From Camelus ferus (Eukaryota), in contig NC_045697.1 in the NCBI RefSeq assembly GCF_009834535.1, positions 73,658,001 through 73,722,000 on the forward strand: DNA of 64,000 nucleotides, given 5' to 3'. The position numbers and the translations under genes are program-made. Position 1 is the stretch's first letter; each line of letters starts with the position of its first letter. Under the pieces are notes generated by a model, which saw nothing but the letters and a program-made list of their open reading frames with translations, was not told the DNA's origin and did not search any database. Of this stretch, positions 55,459 through 64,000 are shown piece after piece.

Positions 55459-55865
55459 TGAGATGACTGGGATTTATGCTACCAACGGCTTTGAAGATGT
55501 AGGGTGTATATGAAATCTCCATAAAACTATTATCTTCCTTCCTAAGCAAATTCCCAAAGATAGAAATGAGAGGAAAAGCAGAGACAGCTTTGATTACATA
55601 AATATCTGAAAAGTTATTACTAATCAGAAACAGACTTTCAGAAAAGACGGTAGTATAGGAGCAGATACCTAAAGCCCTTCCTAGAAACTGAGCCAAATCA
55701 CAAAAGAAAAATAAGAATAGGTAGAGATCTGCATCCATGTTCACGCTGATCAAATTCCAGTGGCAGACATTTAATCTATTCTATTTAACTTAAGCAGAAC
55801 TTAAGCAGATTTTTCTTTTTACATGATTTTAGATAGCTATCCGAATCACTAGAAAACTTAATAAA
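55459..55865 (+). pseudogene. Terminal pseudo-exon (EMTGIYATNGFEDVGCI...VEICIHVHADQIPVADI...SYPNH*) with polyA signal
   Basis: tgtttatag acceptor, phase 2; in-frame TAG 55850-55852; AATAAA 55860-55865. Confidence 0.6.
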
Positions 55866-57374
55866 GAAACTCCAAGTTAACTTTTCAGAAATGACTGAGA
55901 ACGACAACACAGAACCAAGCTATGAAGAAAATGCCAGCAGTACAGTCAGGCACCTGCCTGCAAAACTCAGATGCTGCCACCTCATAAACAGGAAGCCACA
56001 ACAAAAATAGACACCCCAGGATGGCCCAGAGTCCTAGCTAAGAGTGTCTAGAAAATGTGCTGTTGAGTTGTTCAGGCTCCTTAACAAGGCGCGGCAAAAG
56101 CACTAAGAATTTCTTTCACTAGATATAATGATTAGCTTGAAGAGCTCATTAGAACACAACCATGATTCCCCTTCCTCAGGAGTAGTGATGATACACAGGG
56201 AGGAACTAAGGAAACCCCAGGGGGGGAAAAACCAAAGTGCCTTTAAATTAGAGGGGACCGGGCTAGAGGTGAGGTTGGCATCACTCAGCTTGGTGTCCTA
56301 TCACCAGCTCATACAAGGGCTATGCTACCTCATTGGGAGAGGAATGCTGGTCATACCAAATAAAACTATGCAATGTTTTCTGAAGTGGTTCCTCATAAAT
56401 GTAGTAGACTTTTCCCAACTGGAAATGTATTCTTCTAAAGTGTAAGAGCACTCTGTGTTTCTACCAACAAGGTACAGCTGTCTCTAGAAACATCACATGC
56501 CTGGGGTAAAAGAAATATGACTCTAAAACACTCTCAGACAACCAAATTGTAGAGAGCAGATTCTTCTGTAGATGTATTTATCTTCCTCCTGACTCCCCTC
56601 AGACTGATATATAACTGATAATTTAAAGTTCTAAAAGGAAGAGGCCAAAATAGGCATAAATACTACTTGGGGGAAATAGGAGGGCAAAAAAAAAAAAAAA
56701 AAAGTCAGTTACCATCTGCATCACCCACAGGAAAATTAAAGAAAATTAATGAGACAAGAAGTAGGGACAGATTATAGAATACACAAGACCACAGATGAGA
56801 AGAACAGTAAGGCGGAAAAATAAGAAAACAAATAATGAAATGGTGGGATTTTAAATGGCCACTAGAAGCAGTAATGATTAGATTCAATTACAGAAAATAA
56901 ACTGTAGAGAATCTTCCAGAATTAGATTTTAAAAGTAACAGCAAATTAAGTAGATAAAATATATAAAAAAACAGATCAGATATCTAATATATAAATAATG
57001 GGTATTCATTTAACAAATGGTTTTAGACATCTTTGTGGTTGGCTTAAAACAAAATATTAGAAAAAAACTTTCCTAAACTGAGAACAAATCCAAGCAGATA
57101 AAAGGGCTCATGATGCACTAATAAAAATTATGAAAAATAATGAAATCTTTGTTACATCATGGTGAAATATTGGAGAAGGGAAGGGAAAGAAAAGGAAAAA
57201 TGAGGCTAGGCCTGAGCTCTTTAATGACAGGAAACAATGGGGCAATTTGCATGGAAGTCTCAGGGAAAAGACTACGAGCCAAGAATTCTATACTGAAATG
57301 AGTTTACATGTAAAGGCAAAAACATTTTCAGATATATTTCCTCAAATTTTTGCATACCACTCTAGCAATCTTCC

Positions 57375-57376
<2 letters not shown>

Positions 57377-57406
<30 letters not shown>
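57377..57406. repeat. Poly-A tract
   Basis: About 30 consecutive A. Confidence 0.9.
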
Positions 57407-57408
<2 letters not shown>

Positions 57409-59223
57409 TACTTGATTATTTCAGTCAACCAACCAACCAACACAGCAAGCTATAGACTTCAAAAACAGGTAAGCTATGACATAAAAGACTGTCAGGTGGC
57501 AAGTTATAGAATACTATCCAAAACTAGCTCTAAAAATGGAGACTTTGGGGTACACAAACATCAGTTTTTTTCAGCGGACTGGTACAAGAATTGCCTTAAA
57601 GACCAAGGTATTTTCCACCCATCCATTCCTTGTTGTATGCATGTTAGCTTTCATCCTCCTAAATATATAGCTGCTACCAGGACAGACATCATTCCTCTCA
57701 CGTGCATGAGGGACTAAAGAGTGAAAAAGAGAGCTTTCTAATACACATTATCTCTTTTTCAATCAAGAATTCTTTCCCAAGAGTTTCCCAACAGTATTTC
57801 CTTATATCTAATAAGCCAAAACCAGGATGCATGGCTATCTCCAACTGCAGAGGAAGTTACAAAAGCACTGTCGCTTTCAGGCTCTATCACTGACAGGTTG
57901 TCTCTGAGAATCGGAAAGAGGAAAATGAATAACTGTCAACCAATAGTGTATGTCCTCCAGCATTTATACATAATTATAGTTATCGTAAAGTTTTGTAAAA
58001 CATCTCTATGTTCTTTCTTAAAAGATAAAAGATATTTTTAATGTATTACATCCAAACACAACTTAGAATATAACAACAAAAATCAAAAGGGGCTTGATGG
58101 GGTCAGAAGGAGAGTGAGGAGGTCATGGTCAGTGCTAAAACTGTTATGGGTAAAAGAGTCCCTCCTTCCTTCTAAGTCTCTTTCCTTTGTTTATAGGATA
58201 CACACTAAAATGTGTAATCCTTGCTCTTAAAGATTGTTGAGAGACAGGAACAGTTATCCAGACAATATAATGAGGACCATCCTGTGAGTTCAGCATTTCC
58301 TTAACTCCCCACCCTCACTCCATCCTCAAGCTGCACCAAAACTAAATGATGACTTCTGTAAGAAATTCAGATATTGAGCTTACCCATCTGGCCCATTCTC
58401 ACCTGCTGAAAACTCCTTCTCTGATACTCACTCCACAGTGTGAAAACTGAGATAGTATTGGAGACTCTTAAGTCCATGTTCCTAACTTAACTGTCTTAGG
58501 TCCTGCATCCTGTCCAATCCTGCACCCCCCAATTCCCACAGGGGTCCCCCTTCTACTGTGGAATATCAATTGTCTCCTCTAAACTTAAATCAAGACAAGG
58601 CGTTAACAAAAGAAGGGAAGAGGAGTAAAGAGAAAAGTTGTGGACAGCTTAAGAATTTTATCCATTATTTCTCAGTCTGCCCAAGTAAAATATTTATCCT
58701 ATTTTTTGAGGGAAAGAGAACTTTGCACTCCTTTCAATTCTCTCTCCACTCCCAACAGATTTTCTTCCATGATTCATCATCCCCTGGAAACCAGTTCACC
58801 CAGCCTTAATGCCCATTTCTAGGACACTAAAGGGTTTATTCTTTCCTGAGGCCAGAACAATTAAAATAACAGGGCTTTCCCCATCACTGAAAGATAAATA
58901 AAAGCTAACCTTTTTCCACCTCCAGTGTTTCCACAAGCCACCACAATCCACAGCCTCCTCATTTGAGCCTTCTAGGGAGGGGAAGGGGGTATGGAGTGGG
59001 AAAGAAGAGGAAAAACTAGGCATTCTATGAACTTGATCTAACAATCCTGCGGTTTTAGGGAACCCGAGCAGAAACCTTCTAGGAAGTGGACCGTTTTGCA
59101 GCTGGCTCCTATTAAACAGGTTAAATTTCTGGAGAAAATACCAGGAGCCTCCCTCACCTCATTAAAAACAACTGTATCCACCCAAGGTTTAGTCCTCTCT
59201 CTTTCCACTACATAAAAACTCAC

Positions 59224-59829
59224 AGTGGGACTGTCCCAAGGGTAGCCCAGGAGTTGAGCCACATCCTTGTCTCGCATGGCCAGCAACTGCTTGAGTTCCT
59301 CATTTTCCCTGGGAACTGCCGCCTCCTGCTTTGGAGGTTTCTCACCACGTCGGCCAACAACCCTCCCTCTTTTCGGCAAGATGGAACAGGACACGGACAA
59401 GAAAGACAAACAAATAGCTCAAAGCTCACCAAAATACTCCAGCACACCTCTTCCAAGACTTTACACCCCCAGACTTCCCACAAACTGCCCCCTCCATCCT
59501 TACCTACTGTTCGCTTTGCCAGTTTTCCGTGCAGTGGTCTGCTTCCCATCTGACCTCCTGGGTTGTTGAGAACGTCGGTCTCTGGGTGGGACGAGAGAAG
59601 GTGGAGGGTGCCATGGCAAGTAAGGAGCTTTCTCCCGGGAACGCATCCTTCCACCTCCAAATACTAACTTCCTCCAGCGATTCCACCTTTTCCTCCACAT
59701 CTGCCGCACCTGCTCCCGGAGCTGCCCCAGCTCCTGCTCCTTCCTCTTCAGCTCGCAGTCACACTGCACCTTCCGGCTAATTCGCAACTGTCGGAGGAGG
59801 TTGTGGAGAGGACGTGACCACGGCTTGAC
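59224..59829 (-). pseudogene. Three-exon relic of a coiled-coil protein gene
   Basis: Exons 59829-59669 (cacag...GTTAGT; CELKRKEQELGQLREQVRQ/EEKVESLEE), 59581-59504 (cccag...GTAAGG) and 59368-59224 (...GTGAGT; GLLADVVRNLQ/RENEELKQLLAMRDKDVAQLL). Heptad-like Leu/Glu/Lys pattern is broken by frameshifts. Confidence 0.55.
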
Positions 59830-60600
59830 CTGTGAACTGAACCCGGACAACTGGAGACTCCTCACTCCCACCCCGTCCTCGAGATGTACGTTCCGCCCAC
59901 GGTTCCCACAGCCGGAGCCATTTCAGTGATGCAACCCTGACAGAGCAACGGGTTGCTGAAGCTATCTGGATGGTACTATACATACATTAAGGCCACTATA
60001 CAAACTTAAGATTCTGGCGGATGGGTGCGGAGAGCTATCCGCTTGTGGCCTCCAGAGATAAGCCTGGTAAGTACGTTCCCTCGCTTTTTGGAACTGCCGC
60101 CTACCCATCTGGGGTGCCTACCTCCTTCTTCCCTCTTTCTTCCCTCTCTCCTTGTCCTCGGTGTGGCGAAGCCAGGCTGCAAACCAGCAGCAACCGGTTG
60201 CAGTCGCTTTAATGCAGGGGATCCTTAAACAGGAAAGGCACACTAAGGACCCTCAGAGCCACCGGCCAGCAAAAGCAAGTCCGACCCTACACCAGTGGAG
60301 AAAAAGAATAGGCCCTTCTCCGTGCAAGTGTGGAGGGCAAGTTATGGAAGGCGTGCCATCCTCGGCCGCCCCCCCGAACCCAAGGCCTGGTCCTCTACCT
60401 GCTGCCACGCCTGGCCCGAGTCACGCAGCCCCTCGTTCTGTTCCTCGACCCCCCCCCCCCTTGCCGAGCCTAAGCAGTAACAGGCTTCTCCTCGCGCACC
60501 ACACCCAGGCGCGGAGCAGGGCGGGGAAGGAAAGCCGCTCTTCCAAAACTGCGATTCTCAGGCAGGAGTGGGCATCAGCGTCACCTGGGGGCTTGTTAAG
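59270..60600. promoter_or_regulatory. CpG-rich, probably bidirectional promoter region
   Basis: Visible CpG/GC enrichment against an AT-rich, CpG-poor background; divergent first exons on both sides. Confidence 0.55.
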
Positions 60601-60733
60601 CCCGACTGCAGAGCCCACCCCCAGAGTTTCTGATAAAGTAGGTCCGGGCTGGGGCCCCAGAGTTTGCATTTCTAGCGGGCTCCCACATGTTGCTGGTGTG
60701 CTAGTGCAGGGATCACACTTTGAGAACCACTGC
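60550..60733. mobile_element. MER5A-like hAT MITE
   Basis: catcagcgtcacctggggg...ccccagagtttctga...cacactttgagaaccactg. Confidence 0.75.
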
Positions 60734-62439
60734 TGTAAACACTACCCTGGCTTCTTGTGCCTTCCCATCTTCCTGCTTCCAGATTCTGAGCAGCCTTCAT
60801 TGGCAGGAAGTGACCGAGGGCGCTTTAACTCCTCTCTGTGCCAGTTCTATCACACTGGAAATTTTCGTGAAGTGATACGACTTGGTTTGGTTGAGTGGTT
60901 TAAGAATGCACAGGGTCTGAGGAGAGAGCTAGGTTCGAGTCTTGCTCCTGCTGTTTGCAAACTGATCTCAACCAGTCAAGTGCTTTGCACAGTGCGCCAA
61001 GTACAGTGTGGCCTTAATCTTTGTTAGTTATTAGCATTATTGTAGGGAAATTTTTTCAGACAAGATCTGCTTCCCTCAGCCTCTCTTCATTATGCACTCA
61101 TTTAAACTGTCCATCCGTCCTGTTGGAGTCAGGCAACTAAATAGCCTTTGAAGACTCTCAGGTGATTCCAATGTACAAGGTTTCAGACCCGCCAGGTAGA
61201 TGACCATTTCCCATCTCCACAGGTAAAGAAACCCCCTGCCGTCACCTCCCCTTGAATGCCCACCACAATACAGAACATCAGGAACTAGGGCCCAGAGGAT
61301 CATTAAACCTCTCCAGTCCTCTCTGGAACACACCCTGTTGACCTCAAAGGGAGCCTCTGAAATGCTTCTGCTGCCCTCATTCTGCATTGAGAGCCCAGGG
61401 TTTCCAAGTGGGATTAGTGCCACCAAGAGCAAGCCCCTCCAATCAAGTGCAGAAAGCCCAGGAAATCCCCCACTGCACCCTCTTCCCCAATGCATCCCCT
61501 TCACCTCAAAGGAGCGGAACTCGCCATTTCCTGGACCCAGGGTGACACACCCACTGGTCTAAACTAGACTGAGCTGAGCACCAGCCGTGGTTGCACTGGC
61601 AAGTTTAAGAGTCCAGAAGCAGGAAAGAAAATAGAGAAACACCGTGTGAGCCAGGACAAAACCAGAGTCAGGGAGGCGGAAACTAGGTAATGAGAAAGCC
61701 CCCCAGCCACTGCTTGGAATCAAAGCCCATTCCACATGAGGTTCCATGACGTCTTCTCAAGCCAGGAAGGTGTTGGAAGAAGCAGGATTTCTTTCATTTT
61801 TCTGCAAACCGACCTAAAAGAGCTGGAGCCTACCTAAGCATTGCTTCCTTAACTTTAATTACATCCCCCTCTTTTCCCTGAGTGATAGTTGTTAAACCAG
61901 AAAATACTTCAGAAATCAAAAAGTCAGATTTTCTCATTCTACTAAAAAGGGAAGCGAATCAGTCATGCACAATAAGTGTCAAAGCCAGAAATAAATCCAA
62001 GTGTTTTAATTCCAAGTTAATTTTTTCCACTGTACCATATTTCCTCACTCCATCTCCACCATCTCTAATCTATTCATTTCTTAGCCAGCCTAGCCTAGCC
62101 AAAGAATGAATTCTTACCCAGCTTTAGCCAATCTCAGAAAGCCTGATTTCCCAGAACAACTCTTTGAGACCCACTTTCTTTCTCTTGGACAGTCTCGGGT
62201 TTTCAAAGAGAAAGAGAGAGAGAAGAAAAGAAAGAAATAGGAGTTGTGAAGAAATTACATAAGAGGAAGTTCACAGGAGTGGCTGATTAATGTCATCCTT
62301 CCTTATGAATCCCAAGGGTCTTCAGTGTGGTGACCCAGGCTCCCAGGGCCAGCCTAGTTGCTCACTAATTCTCAACCTTTGCTCCACATTAGAAATGCCT
62401 GGGGAGGTTTTAAAACTCCACATGCCGGGATGGAGGGTG

Positions 62440-62590
62440 GCAGGGCACAGAGTATGACTCAGTGGTAGAGTGTGTGCCTAGCATGCACAAGATGCACAAG
62501 GTCCTGGATTCAATCCCCAAGACCTCCATTTAAACAAACTAACAAACAATCTAATTACCTCCCCCACTACAAAAAAAATTTTTTAAAAAA
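62440..62590 (+). mobile_element. tRNA-derived SINE (Vic-1-like) inserted in a MER5-like element
   Basis: ctcagtggtagag...ggattcaatcccc...ctaattacctcccc with A-tail; MER5-like sequence on both sides (~62365-62695). Confidence 0.75.
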
Positions 62591-63035
62591 CCTCCCCATA
62601 CCCAGACCAATTAAATCAGTATCTCTGAGTAGGAAACCCAGACGGCAGGCTTGTTAAGGTTTCCCAGGTGATTCAATGTGTAGAATCACTGCTCTAACAA
62701 GCCATATGTTAGTTCCTCGCCCAGACTCTAAGGCTGATCAGCTGGGGGATAAGCTTTGTGGGTGGGAGTCAGCTTGGTATTAGAGAGGGCAGTTTTTTTT
62801 TCAGCAATGTAAAAAGTTCAATTTAAGCAGCCACTCAGTAAGGCATAAAGTCACACTTTAATTTTAAAATAAAGCCTCTGACTTTATTGGATCAACCTTT
62901 GCTGCACTTCCAGATTTTTTTTTTCTCTTTTTCTGTTTCATACAATTGTAGAGCTAAAGCCATAATGCTAATGGGATCAATACTGATCATCGTTAGAGGT
63001 AGATGTCACACCTTTTCTTAACAGTCTTCAGCTGA

Positions 63036-63140
63036 GGGGGAGGGCTATACCTCGTGGAGAGCACATGCTTAGCACGCACGAGGTCCTGGGTTTAATCCCC
63101 TGTACCTCCACTAAAAGAATTGTTTTTAATTAAAATAAAA
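63036..63140 (+). mobile_element. tRNA-derived SINE (Vic-1-like, short form)
   Basis: gggggaggg head, gaggtcctgggtttaatcccc, A-tail; TSD agtcttcag. Confidence 0.8.
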
Positions 63141-64000
63141 AGTCTTCAGTGAACCTGTGGAGTTGGAAAAACAAACAAACAAACAAACAAAAAAACTGTT
63201 TGCTCCCTTCATCTGTCTGCTAAACTGCTTGCCTGATCCATTGGTTCTTCTTTCTACTCCTCCAGACCAGCACTCCTATGAAGCCTCACCTAAAGGACGA
63301 CCTGCATGGAAGAAATCTTGGAAGGCTTTATAGGAGAAGCACTTGCCTGGTCAGTGTTTATCTATTCCACTCAAGAGAAGAATTGCTTGAGTGTTATCAG
63401 CTGGCTAAGACCTGGATCACAGAAACGAGTTAGGAAGGCAGCTCATAGAGAAGAGAAAACACAGAGGTGGGAAACCGTAACACATGTTTGGAAGCCCATG
63501 ATACTACGTTGAAACAACCTGAATACACGGCTGAGCATTTCTCTTTGATTCCAGGTAAGCAAACTGGACTGTGTTTTAGATGTGTCTGAATGAATGAGTT
63601 CAGAGAGGCAGCAGGTGTAAGGAAAGATAGCAGGACCTGAAGTAGTGTTCAAACCTGATCTGTCACTAACTAGCCCTAATCTATGTCCTCACGGGCAGTT
63701 TTTAAATCTTCCTTCACTTCAGCTTACTCACCTGTAATATTAATAATAATAATACCTGCCTCACGGGGTTGTTTTAAAGATTAGTGTTTTTGCACGTAAG
63801 TACCTAGTATGGTGAGTGAGAATAGTGGACCTTCAATAAATAATTGTGGCAACAGGAAGAATCACCATAGCAATCGTATCCACAGCCACAGTGGTCATTA
63901 TTGGAGCATCAACAGAGAAATAATTAGCTTATACACCAAACCAAAAGCTCTCACTTCATTGTCTTCTGTTTTTAGGTTTCTTATTTTGTGAAAGCTTGAG

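Larger units (their letters stand above)
8668..55865 (+). pseudogene. Large multi-exon unprocessed (possibly unitary) pseudogene, ~25 exons, ~2,200-2,300 codons, family unidentified
   Basis: Chain of exon-like segments with polypyrimidine-AG acceptors and GT donors whose phases join (e.g. 26587-26725 ph1>2, 28398-28575 ph2>0, 31990-32344 ph0>1, then 38025 ph1). Several are exact codon multiples (285, 222, 216, 99, 378, 576 nt). Translations are protein-like but carry scattered stops and frameshifts. In-frame TAG at 55850-55852 is followed by AATAAA at 55860-55865. Confidence 0.8.
60021..64000 (+). pseudogene. Candidate fourth relic: exon 1 60021-60066, pseudo-exon 63266-63554, next exon from 63976
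   Basis: cggATGG start, MGAESYPLVASRDKP, GTAAGT donor (phase 1); strong acceptor ttcttctttctactcctccag and CAG|GTAAGC donor around a stop/frameshift-containing segment (EELLECYQLAK, DLDHRNELGRQLIEK, EHFSLIP); tttttag acceptor continues in phase 1 as GFLFCESL. Confidence 0.4.

Noticed and set aside
55445..55753. 102-aa minus-strand ORF
   Set aside because: Antisense shadow of the + strand terminal pseudo-exon; non-ATG start.
59038..59409. Resemblance to bornavirus nucleoprotein (PWV...PG) suggesting an endogenous viral element
   Set aside because: The PWV segment lies beyond a GTGAGT donor, in intron; the upstream part is better explained as a spliced coiled-coil exon; only a few residues match.
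59500..59871. PRKG1/PRKG2 leucine-zipper similarity
   Set aside because: Only generic coiled-coil composition; no cNMP-binding or kinase exons found.
60152..61027. Longest ORF in the track (291 aa)
   Set aside because: Non-ATG start, GC-rich stop-poor DNA, runs through a MER5A-like element, and the product is low-complexity and Pro-rich.
1..64000. CRISPR arrays, rRNA, prokaryotic or phage systems
   Set aside because: No repeat-spacer periodicity, operon structure or long ORFs; the sequence is mammalian.

Overview
Mammalian genomic DNA, probably camelid (inferred from six copies of a tRNA-derived SINE resembling Vic-1, alongside eutherian MIR/L2/L1/MLT/MER repeats). I found no convincing intact protein-coding gene; the ORF track looks like noise or antisense shadows. 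Reading splice sites and frames by hand instead shows four decayed, intron-containing gene relics in two head-to-head pairs. (1) A + strand relic of about 25 exons (~8.7-55.9 kb, roughly 2,200-2,300 codons) with mostly phase-concordant AG/GT exon borders, a terminal stop and AATAAA; I cannot assign its protein to any family. (2) A - strand relic (5.9 kb to the left edge) with a strong-Kozak ATG, a signal peptide and degenerate tandem leucine-rich-repeat domains. (3) A - strand coiled-coil relic at 59.2-59.8 kb. (4) A + strand relic starting at 60.0 kb and running off the right edge. Relics 3 and 4 diverge from a still CpG-rich region. All exon calls are manual and no gene name is assigned; homology searches are needed to confirm them.
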